Shown: positions 49,083 through 59,365 of the stretch, piece by piece
How the letters are laid out: each line of letters begins with the position of its first letter
Numbering within the stretch: the first letter of the stretch is position 1
IMG/VR virus record: IMGVR_UViG_3300037400_005125
Location: 25,721 to 89,720 of that record
Length of the DNA: 64,000 bases
Strand: one strand, 5' to 3'
Source of the DNA: a virus
Lineage: Duplodnaviria; Caudoviricetes
Notes under the pieces: generated by a model
Database searches by the model: none
Told to the model about the DNA's origin: nothing
What the model saw: only the letters and a program-made list of their open reading frames with translations
Made by a program: the position numbers and the translations under genes

Positions 49083-49802
49083 TTAATAGCCTTTATAATT
49101 ATCGTATACATAATCGCAAAAAGATGCCCAAGCCCTTTTAAAACCACCTTCATCAGCGTTTGCAGTACTGCCATCGTAGAATAAATTTAACTCCTTATAT
49201 ATTTTATTAGCATAAATTTGGAAAAACATCCAACCAGGCATTTTACCGTTGTCATAACAATAAATAATATATTCTCCCAAATTTTTACAACCGCATTTAT
49301 ATAATCTTTCTTTTGTATATGAATCTCCTTTATACCTTAATACAATTTTTGCATGTGATTTAAGCCAGTTTAATGCATAGTCATAAATCTCGTCTTTACT
49401 CATAACATTCTCTTTAGCATCTTTATCAGCAAGTGATTGATAAATTTCTGATTCTGATTTTCTTTTTGTTTTCCCTTTTCTTGCTAATTCTGAATTTCTT
49501 AATTTTTCATCCATTTCAGCATAAGAACCTTTGTCAAATGCCGATGAACCATCAATACTTTTAGTGTTATTATCATATGCATATTTTTGAATTGGTTTGG
49601 CTGCATTATATGCTTTGCTATATCTTTCTTCATCTTTATCATCAGCAGCAGCAAGTTCATTATTGTATTTTCTACGCCAAAGTTTTCCAAGCATATATTG
49701 TCCCCTTCTTGTATCACCAATTTCATTGATTATTGTACTTATTGACTCTTTTATAATATTGTGTAAATCACTTTCAGTGAGTCTAATTTGTTTCTTATTC
49801 AT
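49083..49802 (-). CDS. Cassette 2 cargo: hypothetical protein with ESDLH leader
   Basis: MNKKQIRLTESDLHNIIKESISTIINE; TATTTATA upstream, inside the TIR. Confidence 0.75.
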   Translation of the reverse strand: MNKKQIRLTESDLHNIIKESISTIINEIGDTRRGQYMLGKLWRRKYNNELAAADDKDEERYSKAYNAAKPIQKYAYDNNTKSIDGSSAFDKGSYAEMDEKLRNSELARKGKTKRKSESEIYQSLADKDAKENVMSKDEIYDYALNWLKSHAKIVLRYKGDSYTKERLYKCGCKNLGEYIIYCYDNGKMPGWMFFQIYANKIYKELNLFYDGSTANADEGGFKRAWASFCDYVYDNYKGY

Positions 49803-50029
49803 ATTTTGAATACGTATTTATTCTATTATTTTCTATATAAATACCAGAAGATATAGAAAAACGCATCATTTTCTAACTACATTTTATAATTTAGTGCCAA
49901 CAAGTATATCGTTCCCTTTTTTTTTGTAATTTTGTTAATAGAAAATTTGCTTTTTTAACTTTTTTTATATATCTTTGCATTACAAAACGAGAGAACAAAA
50001 GAGATTGTTTAACTTAATTAATTTTATTA

Positions 50030-50854
50030 ATGGAAACAAAAGATTACAAAGAAGAGAGATTCGAGTTTACGCTTTTTGTAAACGACAACATCATTTGCAA
50101 AAGGAATTTCAGAATTTACAATTTTATCGAGGGTAGCATGGGTACTATCGATTTCAAGGAAAAAGTTGATGAAATTGTCAACTTAATTGATGATGACTTG
50201 AAATCAAAGAGTAGGGTGTATACATGGTATTATTTCAATCCAAAAGAGCCAGATGCTTTTGAGGAATTTGCTGGTCAGCCACTAGAGCCTTGGGCTTGCA
50301 CGTTCAAGTTCGTTGTATCGGACAATAAACGTGACGTGATAACAAAGATTTGGGATGGGTATGCGTATCCAAAGCCAATACGTGAAAAGGTTGACCTCAG
50401 TAACAAAAACGTGAAGGTTACAAACAAGGATGGGCAGACATTCTCCTACGATAAGGAGACGTTTTTCAAGGCAAATGAAGGAAGACTTAGTTTTGAACAC
50501 GAGGTGTTAAAAGCAATGATTTTGGATAAACCAGATGTATTGCTTCAGATTACTAAGAAGATTTGTGAGGCTTGTTCCCCAAGCAGAGAGGAAATCAAGG
50601 AGGCTGGTCGCTTTAATCCGAAGGATTCATCCAAATACCTTACTGGATACACAACATCAGAAGATTATTACCCAGGAAGTGAAACAACAACCAAGACTGA
50701 TGAAAATGGAGAAACAATAAAGGTTTCCAAAAAAATAGGAAAACCAAGAAGATATGCCTACAGTCTTGCCCTTGCAAATAAGAGGGTTGAAAATGCATGG
50801 GGACGTGTAGTAGCTGAGAAAACAAAAAATTACATGAAGTCACTTTATTTTTAA
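50030..50854 (+). CDS. Hypothetical protein (early)
   Basis: TATCTTTG at 49970. Confidence 0.7.
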   Translation: METKDYKEERFEFTLFVNDNIICKRNFRIYNFIEGSMGTIDFKEKVDEIVNLIDDDLKSKSRVYTWYYFNPKEPDAFEEFAGQPLEPWACTFKFVVSDNKRDVITKIWDGYAYPKPIREKVDLSNKNVKVTNKDGQTFSYDKETFFKANEGRLSFEHEVLKAMILDKPDVLLQITKKICEACSPSREEIKEAGRFNPKDSSKYLTGYTTSEDYYPGSETTTKTDENGETIKVSKKIGKPRRYAYSLALANKRVENAWGRVVAEKTKNYMKSLYF

Positions 50855-50870
50855 TGGAGGGTAGTGGTAA

Positions 50871-52280
50871 ATGGCTCAGAGAAACAGAGAAAATTTAGGT
50901 TATCTTGGAGAAGATTTCCAGTATAAACTTGCTCACGAGTTCATGGCTAACCACGCTTTCTTCGAGGACTTAAGCCCAATTATAGACCAAAATATGTTCA
51001 CAGACCCCAACCTTAAAACACTGGTTGGGGTTATGAAAAACTACTATGACGTATATGGTAATGTACCAGATTATGACGTACTTGGTATTGAATTAAGGGA
51101 TTTGTCACACTCTGAGAAAGAGACAGAGACATACCTTGCAGTCCTTGAAAAAGTAAAGGAAACTAATTCTTCTGGCGTTGAAAGCACTAGGGTAAAGGCT
51201 GAGAAGTTTTTCCGTCAGCAGAACATTGTGAAGACTGCTAACGAAATACTCAAAATAGCAGAAAAAGGCGCTGATGACCAATATGACAGGTGTGTTGGGC
51301 TTCTGAATGAAGCAATGGCAATGGGAGTACATAATGATTTCGGAGAGGGCTTGTTTGACCATATTAACGAAACACTGTCAGATGACTATAGAACGCCAAT
51401 CCCAACAGGTATTGATAAGATTGATGAAGTGCTTGAAGGTGGACTTGGTAAGGGTGAACTTGGTGTAATAATCGGTCCTACTTCATTCGGTAAAACCAGT
51501 CTTACTACAGCAATGGCTTCACATGCAGCTTGTAGTAATTTCAAGGTTCTACAGATTGTATTTGAAGATAGAATCAAGCAAATACAGAGAAAACACCTTG
51601 GTAGGATTACAGGAATCGAGGCTAGAGACCTATCCAAGCCTGAAAACATCGAACTGGTTAAAAAAACCATCGAACAATTCCCAGACAAGGAGAAATTGGA
51701 GAAAAACCTCAGAATTGTAAAATTCCCAAGCGGTGAAAAGACAGCTAGGCAAATAAAGAGGTTTATCCAAAAACTTATTAACACAGGATTCAAACCAGAC
51801 CTGGTAATCATAGACTATTTTGAATGTCTTGAGCATGAGGCTGATAAATCTATTACAAATGAGTTTGAAAAGGAAGGTAAGACCATGCGACTCTTCGAGG
51901 CAATGGCAGGTGAACTTGACATAGCCATTTGGATTCCTTCACAAGGTACTAAGGATTCTATCAACCTCGAACTTGTAACAATGGATAAAATTGGCGGTTC
52001 TGTGAAGAAAGCCCAAATTGCCCATGTAATTATGTCTATAGCTAGAACAGTTGACGATATAGCAAACAACAAGGCTACAATCGCCATATTAAAGAACAGA
52101 GCAGGTAAGAGTGGTAAGGTGTTCAATGGTGTAGAGTTCAACAATGGTACGTGTAGGATTAGTACTGAAAACGTGGATGAACTCAACAGTATCTACGAAA
52201 TGAAAGAGAAAAGAAAAGAAGAGCAACTTAAGACACAAGAAGAGATTATGAGGCAGTTGAAGAAAACGGAAAATATATAA
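50871..52280 (+). CDS. dnaB: Replicative DNA helicase (DnaB/T4 gp41-like)
   Basis: PTGI..ID..L.GG..KGEL.VI.GPTSFGKT, LVIIDYFE, PSQG, KNRAG. Confidence 0.85.
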   Translation: MAQRNRENLGYLGEDFQYKLAHEFMANHAFFEDLSPIIDQNMFTDPNLKTLVGVMKNYYDVYGNVPDYDVLGIELRDLSHSEKETETYLAVLEKVKETNSSGVESTRVKAEKFFRQQNIVKTANEILKIAEKGADDQYDRCVGLLNEAMAMGVHNDFGEGLFDHINETLSDDYRTPIPTGIDKIDEVLEGGLGKGELGVIIGPTSFGKTSLTTAMASHAACSNFKVLQIVFEDRIKQIQRKHLGRITGIEARDLSKPENIELVKKTIEQFPDKEKLEKNLRIVKFPSGEKTARQIKRFIQKLINTGFKPDLVIIDYFECLEHEADKSITNEFEKEGKTMRLFEAMAGELDIAIWIPSQGTKDSINLELVTMDKIGGSVKKAQIAHVIMSIARTVDDIANNKATIAILKNRAGKSGKVFNGVEFNNGTCRISTENVDELNSIYEMKEKRKEEQLKTQEEIMRQLKKTENI

Positions 52281-52490
52281 AAAAATCGTGGTATTTTTTT
52301 TATTTGAATGGAGGAACTTGGCTATCAATAGGTTACAACTTTGGTAGCCATTTTTTTTCCAAAATGGTCAATTTTTTTACATATATTTGCACAATTTGGT
52401 ATATTTATTTTTTGCATCGATGATATAAAAACAGACAATAAAAGGTTGACCGAAAATGAAAATAACTAATTAAAAAATTAACTTTTGTTT

Positions 52491-54701
52491 ATGCAGGTAA
52501 TTAAACGTGACAAAACAGAAGAGTTGTTCCAAATTCAAAAAATAGAAAGAGCCATAGAGAAGGCATTTGAATCGTGTGGAAAGCCAGCAGACTACAGTGT
52601 AATAGACTGTATGAGAAAGATTTACAACATTCAATCAGATGAAACTGTACATGTTGAGGATATCCAGGACAATGTAGAAAAATGCCTTATGGATATTGAC
52701 AAGGAAGTTGCTAAAGCATACATTATATACAGGTACAATCATAAGCTGATAAGAGAGAATAAAGACAAACTTTACAAGGATATTACAAAGAAGCTTCTTG
52801 CTACTGATATACAAAACCAGAATGCAAATGTTGACGAGCATTCCTTTGGTGGAAGAATGGGTGAAGTAAACAGGCTTGTATTGAAGGATTATGCACTCAA
52901 ATACTGTATGTCTAGAAAGTCAAGAAACAATCACCTTAATAACGAGATTTACATTCACGACCTTGATAGTTATGCTGCTGGAATGCATAACTGTCTGTCA
53001 GTTCCATTTGATGACCTACTTGCAAATGGCTTCAACACGAGACAGACAGATGTAAGACCAGCAAACAGCATTAACACAGCATTCCAGTTGGTTGCAGTGT
53101 TGTTCCAGCTACAGAGTCTTCAGCAATTTGGTGGAGTAAGCGCCACACACCTGGATTGGACAATGGTCCCATATGTTCGCAAATCTTTCTATAAACATTT
53201 CAAGAGTGGAGCAAAATATATTGAAGGAGTAAAGTTACCAATTGAAGAGTTCAATGACGACATGTCAATTGAAGATGAGAAATATAAATCAAGCGGAAAT
53301 GTATATACATACGCCATAAATCAGACAACAAAGGAGCTTAAACAGGCAGTAGAGGGTATGTATCATAACCTGAATACACTTCAAAGCAGGTCTGGAAACC
53401 AGTTACCATTCACATCAATCAATTATGGAACTTGCACACTACCTGAGGGTAGAATGGTAATCAAGGCAATCCTTGAAGGTTCTATAAATGGAGTTGGAAA
53501 GTTTAAGAAAACCCCTATTTTCCCATGCGGAATTTTCCAGATGATGAGTGGGGTGAATAGAAAGGAAGGAGAGCCTAACTATGATTTATTCAAACTTGCG
53601 TTGAAATCAACATCACAGAGGCTTTATCCTAATTATGCAAACTGTGACTGGAGTGGAAATGCTGGATATGACCCAAATGACCCAAAGACTTATTTTAGCA
53701 CAATGGGTTGTAGGACCGCCAATGGATTTGATATTAACGGATTTGGTCAATTAAAGGACGGTAGAGGCAATATTTGCCCTGTGACTATAATTATGCCAAC
53801 CCTGGCAATGGAAGCCAAGGAGAAGGCTTTAAATACCGAAATAAGTGATTCTGAGAGTCTACAGGAGATTGTGGAAAAAGAGTTCTTCAAGTTACTTACG
53901 AAAAAGCTTGATGAAGCAAAGGATATGCTTATTGAGAGATTCGAATGGATATGCAGCCAGTCTCCTGCTTCAGCTAAGTTTATGTGGGAAAATAATACAA
54001 TGGCTGGATATGTTCCTGAGGAAGGTATTCGTTCAGCATTGAAGCACGGAACACTTGCTCTTGGACAGCTTGGACTTGCAGAAACTCTTCAGGTTCTTAT
54101 CGGTAAAGACCACACCACAGATGAAGGTATGGAACTTGCAAAGAAGATTGAGGGCTTATTTAGTGAGAAGATTAAAGGATACAAAGAGAAATATAAGCTT
54201 AACTTTGGAGTATACTTCACACCAGCAGAGAATCTTTGCCACACAGCTTTAAAGAAGTTCAGAGATAAGTATGGTGTTATTGAGAATGTGTCAGACAGAG
54301 AATACTTTACAAACTCAATGCACGTTCCAGTATGGCATAAGATGAGTCCTTTCCAGAAGATTGACATTGAATCAAAACTAACAAGTTACTCTACAGCAGG
54401 ATGTATCACATATGTTGAATTACCAAGTACTACAAAGAACAACCTTGAAGCACTTGAGGCGATAGTTCAATATGCAATGGATAAAGATATACCTTACTTC
54501 GCAATCAATGTTCCAAATGACACGTGTAATGAATGCGGATATACTGATGAAATGGGTGATACTTGTCCAGTTTGTGGTAGCAAGAATATCAGCAGGCTTA
54601 GAAGAGTTACTGGATATTTAACAGGTGACTACACTACAGCATTTAACTTTGGAAAACAGGAAGAGGTTAAAGATAGAGTAAAACACATAGAAAAATTTTA
54701 A
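52491..54701 (+). CDS. nrdD: Anaerobic (class III) ribonucleoside-triphosphate reductase with ATP cone
   Basis: MQVIKRD ATP cone, IHDLD, HNC, GCRT, FTNS, CxxC..CxxC, RRVTGYL. Confidence 0.95.
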   Translation: MQVIKRDKTEELFQIQKIERAIEKAFESCGKPADYSVIDCMRKIYNIQSDETVHVEDIQDNVEKCLMDIDKEVAKAYIIYRYNHKLIRENKDKLYKDITKKLLATDIQNQNANVDEHSFGGRMGEVNRLVLKDYALKYCMSRKSRNNHLNNEIYIHDLDSYAAGMHNCLSVPFDDLLANGFNTRQTDVRPANSINTAFQLVAVLFQLQSLQQFGGVSATHLDWTMVPYVRKSFYKHFKSGAKYIEGVKLPIEEFNDDMSIEDEKYKSSGNVYTYAINQTTKELKQAVEGMYHNLNTLQSRSGNQLPFTSINYGTCTLPEGRMVIKAILEGSINGVGKFKKTPIFPCGIFQMMSGVNRKEGEPNYDLFKLALKSTSQRLYPNYANCDWSGNAGYDPNDPKTYFSTMGCRTANGFDINGFGQLKDGRGNICPVTIIMPTLAMEAKEKALNTEISDSESLQEIVEKEFFKLLTKKLDEAKDMLIERFEWICSQSPASAKFMWENNTMAGYVPEEGIRSALKHGTLALGQLGLAETLQVLIGKDHTTDEGMELAKKIEGLFSEKIKGYKEKYKLNFGVYFTPAENLCHTALKKFRDKYGVIENVSDREYFTNSMHVPVWHKMSPFQKIDIESKLTSYSTAGCITYVELPSTTKNNLEALEAIVQYAMDKDIPYFAINVPNDTCNECGYTDEMGDTCPVCGSKNISRLRRVTGYLTGDYTTAFNFGKQEEVKDRVKHIEKF

Positions 54702-54703
54702 TT

Positions 54704-55192
54704 ATGAGAATACATAACATTACGTACCCAGACGTGGAGAATGGAATCGGGTTCAGAGTTACCATTTGGGTGTCTGGGTGCGTACACCACTGCAAAGGGT
54801 GTCATAATCAGGAGACCTGGGATTTTAACAGTGGCAGAGAGTTTACCGAAGAGGATAAGAAAAAGGTTTTTGAAGAGCTTGAGAAGCCATTTATGAAAGG
54901 TGTGACATTCTCAGGAGGAGACCCACTTTGTTCATACAAAGATGTATTGGCTTTCTCCAAGGAACTTAAAGAAAAATACCCTGAGAAGGATATTTGGATT
55001 TACACAGGTTTTACCTTTGAACATGTAAAGGAACATTTAAGTGAAATTTTACAGTATGCTGACTGGATTGTAGATGGAAAATTTGAGATAGAAAAGAAAG
55101 ACCTATCATTGCCTTTTAGAGGTTCTAGTAACCAGAGAGTTTGGAAAAAAGAGAAAGAGACGGGGAAATTTAAAGAATTCAATTTTGAATAA
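54704..55192 (+). CDS. nrdG: NrdD-activating radical SAM enzyme
   Basis: GCVHHCKGCHN, GVTFSGGDP, FRGSSNQR. Confidence 0.95.
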   Translation: MRIHNITYPDVENGIGFRVTIWVSGCVHHCKGCHNQETWDFNSGREFTEEDKKKVFEELEKPFMKGVTFSGGDPLCSYKDVLAFSKELKEKYPEKDIWIYTGFTFEHVKEHLSEILQYADWIVDGKFEIEKKDLSLPFRGSSNQRVWKKEKETGKFKEFNFE

Positions 55193-55228
55193 GAAAAAAG
55201 AGTGAGATTCGCTTTCTCACTCTTTTTG
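55193..55228. terminator. Bidirectional intrinsic terminator
   Basis: AAAAAGAGTGAGA..TCTCACTCTTTTT. Confidence 0.75.
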
Positions 55229-56167
55229 CTTGATATTTACCCAATTACAATATCTTTTTAATCCTTCTTCCAGGGTAATTTTACAATAGAACCCAAAATC
55301 ATTCCTGAGTCCACTAGCCCAGGCTGTTGTTAACTTTGCGTCATATGGCTTCTCACCTTCATATATCAGTTTATTATAATCTTCCCTATGTAATATCTTC
55401 TTTATAATATCAATCAATTCCAACAAACTGTATGGTTTGCCATTGCCCACATCGTATACCTTTCCATTGTGTTTTGACTCTGATTCCATTACAACCTTGA
55501 ATGCTTCTGTTACATCATCAATATATGTGAAATCCCTGTATATTCTACCATTACCGAATATATGAATTTCCTCATCATCATATATTGCCTTAGTGAACTT
55601 TGCAATCGCAAGGTCTGGTCTCATTCTTTCTCCATAGACGGTATAAAGACGAAGACCAGTTATTTGCATATCACCAAATAACTTTGCGTACATTCTCCCC
55701 TGAGCCTCATTTGTAGCTTTTGTAACGCCATAAGGTGACTTCTGTTCATAAATTCCATCATGGTCTCCTAAAACGGTGCTGGAAGAGGCGTAAATGAATT
55801 GACTAACGCCATTCTGATGTGATAGTCTTATAACAATGTCAAACCCTTTTATATTGGTGTCTATCACCTCCAATGGATATTCTATTGAATAACCAACCCC
55901 AGCTTGTGCTGCAAGATGAATAACAGTATTGAAATTATATTTGTCGAATACCCTTGTTCTCATCATGTATTCATCTGTAATGTCAGCAAATACAAATTCA
56001 AATCTATTGTTTCTGTTTGATTGTATGTTCTCATCCTTAATTTTAACGTCATAATATGGACTGAGATTATCAACACCAACAATGAAATTATTCTTGTCTT
56101 TAAGTAATTTTGCAATAAGATTTGTGCCTATAAATCCTGCACAACCTGTAACTAATATATTCCTCAT
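55217..56167 (-). CDS. NAD-dependent nucleotide-sugar epimerase/dehydratase (UDP-glucuronate 4-epimerase-like)
   Basis: LVTGCAGFIG, HLAAQAGV.YS, YASSS, YGVTK, RLYTVYG..RPD, RDFTYIDD. Confidence 0.88.
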   Translation of the reverse strand: MRNILVTGCAGFIGTNLIAKLLKDKNNFIVGVDNLSPYYDVKIKDENIQSNRNNRFEFVFADITDEYMMRTRVFDKYNFNTVIHLAAQAGVGYSIEYPLEVIDTNIKGFDIVIRLSHQNGVSQFIYASSSTVLGDHDGIYEQKSPYGVTKATNEAQGRMYAKLFGDMQITGLRLYTVYGERMRPDLAIAKFTKAIYDDEEIHIFGNGRIYRDFTYIDDVTEAFKVVMESESKHNGKVYDVGNGKPYSLLELIDIIKKILHREDYNKLIYEGEKPYDAKLTTAWASGLRNDFGFYCKITLEEGLKRYCNWVNIKQKE

Positions 56168-56649
56168 TTTTTTCCGAATTTATCTAACAATATTTTCTTT
56201 TTCTCTTCAAATGGTTTCGAAACAATATACATAAAATCATCCTTATGTTTCTCCCTATATTCATCCAATGTACATATTGGTTTGCATGGAACTCCTGTTG
56301 CAACTGTGTTTGAAGGAATATTTTTATTTACAATGCTTCCAGCTCCGATAATACAATTATCACCAATTGTAACACCTGGAAGAATGACTGTTCTACACCC
56401 TATAAAACAATTGTTTCCTATGTTAATTGGAGCATAGATTACCGTTTCTTTATTTCCATCTGGTAGATTTCTTATAACCTTTGTAGCAGCGTCATGTGTT
56501 ACGAACGCACAATCAAAAGAAATTGTAGTATTATCTCCTATTGTTATAAGATATGGTTCTGAGCCAAAATTAGCTTTACCGACAATATTCACATTTTTAC
56601 CCAAATTAGGTTTCCCGTATTTATCACTAGCTATATACATATTACTCAT
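56164..56649 (-). CDS. Hexapeptide-repeat (LbH) sugar O/N-acyltransferase
   Basis: ITIGDNT.IS..FVTHD, IGNNCFIG..ILPGVTIGDNCIIGAGSIV..GVPCK. Confidence 0.85.
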   Translation of the reverse strand: MSNMYIASDKYGKPNLGKNVNIVGKANFGSEPYLITIGDNTTISFDCAFVTHDAATKVIRNLPDGNKETVIYAPINIGNNCFIGCRTVILPGVTIGDNCIIGAGSIVNKNIPSNTVATGVPCKPICTLDEYREKHKDDFMYIVSKPFEEKKKILLDKFGKK

Positions 56650-56706
56650 ATATAAAATATAAAAAAAAAGAGCAACTATTCAAATAGTTACTCCTTTTTA
56701 CTGTTA

Positions 56707-57777
56707 TTACTGTTCTACCTTTGTCCAGTTATACTTTCCTAAGTAATAATTACCTGTTCCCATCCAAGTATCATATCCACTACTACCTATTGGCACTGTT
56801 AATGTACCACCTGTTTCGACATTTTGGAACGTATTACTCTGTATTGTAGGTGCTGTTGTTGCATTAGATACTATACTTGTAAGTTCGCTACAATCTCTGA
56901 AAGCACCAATACCAATACTTGTAACGCCACTACCTATGGTACAACTTGTCATACCACTACACAATTGGAAAGCATAATTATCAATACTTGTAACACTATC
57001 TGGTATTGTTACACTTGTAAGGCTCTCACAATAATAGAAAGCATATTCACCAATACTTGTAACACCACTACCTATAGTGCAACTTATAAAACCACAACCA
57101 TAGAAAGTATAGCCACCAATACTTGTAACACCACTTGGTATGTCTATACTTGTAAGGCTATTACAATTATAGAAAGCACCATAATCAATACTTGTAACAC
57201 TATCAGGTATAGTTACACTTGTAAGACCACTACAATTTTGGAAAGCAGCGCCACCAATACTTGTAACACTATCTGGTATATCTATACTTGTAAGACTACT
57301 ACAATCCATGAAAGCGGTATCACCAATACTTGTAACACCACTACCTATTGTACAACTTGTAAGACCTTTACAATAATAGAAAGCATGACTACCAATACTT
57401 GTAACACCATCTTTTAAGTCTAGTGTAACGGTGTGTTCATTTGTATCTCCAAAATCATATGTACTTACAACTGATTGCTGTTCAACACCATCAATTTTCA
57501 TTGATTCAATTGATTCAATGAACTCGTCAGAAAATAATTGTGTTGAATTTCCCTCTCCAGAACCATTACCTGAGCCACTACCTGAACCTCCACCTGTTGG
57601 AACATATACACAAGTTAATGTTGCTGTCTGTGGTGTTGGTGGTACGGGTGTACTTGGATTATAACGTACTGTATTATTCTCCACTGTAAGTGATACATTA
57701 GGTAGTATTACCCCACTACCATTAATGTAGGTTTCGTACTCAGCATTAGTGCTGAATTTCTTTAAATACTTTGCCAT
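56707..57777 (-). CDS. BspA/LRR_5 adhesin paralog A (8 LRRs, C-cap type GNYYLG.YNWTKVEQ)
   Basis: MAKYLKKFSTNAEYETYING N-module; 23-aa VTSIGxxAFxxCxxLTSxxIPD repeats. Confidence 0.85.
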   Translation of the reverse strand: MAKYLKKFSTNAEYETYINGSGVILPNVSLTVENNTVRYNPSTPVPPTPQTATLTCVYVPTGGGSGSGSGNGSGEGNSTQLFSDEFIESIESMKIDGVEQQSVVSTYDFGDTNEHTVTLDLKDGVTSIGSHAFYYCKGLTSCTIGSGVTSIGDTAFMDCSSLTSIDIPDSVTSIGGAAFQNCSGLTSVTIPDSVTSIDYGAFYNCNSLTSIDIPSGVTSIGGYTFYGCGFISCTIGSGVTSIGEYAFYYCESLTSVTIPDSVTSIDNYAFQLCSGMTSCTIGSGVTSIGIGAFRDCSELTSIVSNATTAPTIQSNTFQNVETGGTLTVPIGSSGYDTWMGTGNYYLGKYNWTKVEQ

Positions 57778-57781
57778 TTTT

Positions 57782-59365
57782 CTATTGTTTATTTTTAATT
57801 ATTATTTTTAATTCATCCTCAAGTTCTTTGCTCCACCCTTCAACGCTGTTGCACATAAACTTGATGTTTGGGTCATCAACCGCCTTTTGGAACTCATTCT
57901 TGAATATTGCTTTATTCCATATACCCAATCTTATCTCACTATCCAATATTGGTTCTTCGTGCTGGAAATAATTGAAATACACATCTTCCAATACATAACT
58001 TTCATTACGCATATTGAATTTATCCCATATCTCCTTTAATTTTTTAAATTCAAAATAGCATGGATAATGTGTGGTATAATTATAATGTGGTAAATTTTCC
58101 CTATCCAATAATTGCCTTGTTTTCCATTTATCATGATTCCAGTATGATGTAGGTTGGTCTTGCCTTCCAATAAAATTTTGTGAATGATAATGTATATCAG
58201 TTATATCTTTTAATACGAATGGCTTTATTGCATAATTATCATCAACCATCCATATAAACTCGTCATATATTTTATTATATTTTTTCATAACAAATTCCAT
58301 ACAATATTGTACGTTTAAATGTTGATTAAATTGGTTTTCTTTTTTAATAAAAGCTGGACAATCTATAAATTCAACCCAAGGGAATTCAATCTTCAGTGAG
58401 TCATCGAATTCACCGATAACAATAAAATGGTATTTAAAATTACAAAACTTTCTCCAACCATTCAAAGCAATTTTAATTTCATTACCTTGAGAACCATTTT
58501 GTTTATAAGGTAAAACAACTAGTATCTCTCTTTTTAATTCTGTAATAAGTTCTTCTTTAATATTCATCATATCTTGATTTATTGTAAAGAATGCATCACA
58601 TGTTCTTGTTTTTCCGAAAAAATACCCACGTGTTTTCATCTTCCACACGTATTCTTCCCATGATTTTGTTATATAGTGCCTTATATAGATTTTATCGTAT
58701 ATTGGTGTGTTTCTATCTCTTTCGAAATTAGTTCTACAAAAATTAGATTCTTTGCTTGGCTGATGTGTATATAAAAAATAATTTTCTTGGTATGTTCTTA
58801 GATTATAACATGTCTTTGAAAGTGATTGTGGTGTTGCTGTAGGCACGTGACCTTGTATTTCTTTGGTATATGTTTCAACAATGCCTTTATTGGTATAATC
58901 TGGTTTCTTAATTAATCCATTTGCGCCATAGCATTTCCATTGCATAATGAATGCATCATATCCATCGAACAAAGATATAACATCATTTAAATTATCATTA
59001 TTATTTTCAAGCGTTATAAATTCATCATTGTCAATAACAAAGCACCAATCATAATCATTTATAGTTTTTAAATATGTTAAACCTTTTCTAATATAAATGT
59101 ATTGAGGGCTATCATTATGGTTGTCACTTTTATTTTTTTTAAGTTCTATTACCCTTTTTTTATTTTCATCATCAAGTGCTGATAATATACTATTTAGAGT
59201 AACTCTATCACCATATTTGTCACATATTTCTTTATGCGAATCGCTATCAATATCCTCAAAGACGAATATATGGTCAATACCTAAATCGAGGTGATATTTT
59301 ATCCATTCATCTAGGTATTCATGTTCGTTTTTTATAACAGTTAATATACAAGATTTCATAAACAT
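57782..59365 (-). CDS. Two-domain glycosyltransferase (GT2/GT92-like N-domain plus second GT-A-like domain)
   Basis: IKNEHEYLDEWIKYHLDLGIDHIF, WCFVIDNDEF; second half NEIKIAL..W..FIWMVDDNY. Confidence 0.7.
   Translation of the reverse strand: MFMKSCILTVIKNEHEYLDEWIKYHLDLGIDHIFVFEDIDSDSHKEICDKYGDRVTLNSILSALDDENKKRVIELKKNKSDNHNDSPQYIYIRKGLTYLKTINDYDWCFVIDNDEFITLENNNDNLNDVISLFDGYDAFIMQWKCYGANGLIKKPDYTNKGIVETYTKEIQGHVPTATPQSLSKTCYNLRTYQENYFLYTHQPSKESNFCRTNFERDRNTPIYDKIYIRHYITKSWEEYVWKMKTRGYFFGKTRTCDAFFTINQDMMNIKEELITELKREILVVLPYKQNGSQGNEIKIALNGWRKFCNFKYHFIVIGEFDDSLKIEFPWVEFIDCPAFIKKENQFNQHLNVQYCMEFVMKKYNKIYDEFIWMVDDNYAIKPFVLKDITDIHYHSQNFIGRQDQPTSYWNHDKWKTRQLLDRENLPHYNYTTHYPCYFEFKKLKEIWDKFNMRNESYVLEDVYFNYFQHEEPILDSEIRLGIWNKAIFKNEFQKAVDDPNIKFMCNSVEGWSKELEDELKIIIKNKQ

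Larger units (their letters stand above)
49015..49916. mobile_element. Non-autonomous TIR-bounded cargo cassette 2 (902 bp) carrying an ESDLH-leader gene
   Basis: 27-bp inverted repeat GGGAA(T/C)GATATACTTGTTGGCACTAAA at 49015-49041 and 49890-49916 (1 mismatch); flanked by T8 and T9 (49917-49925); no transposase. Confidence 0.85.
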
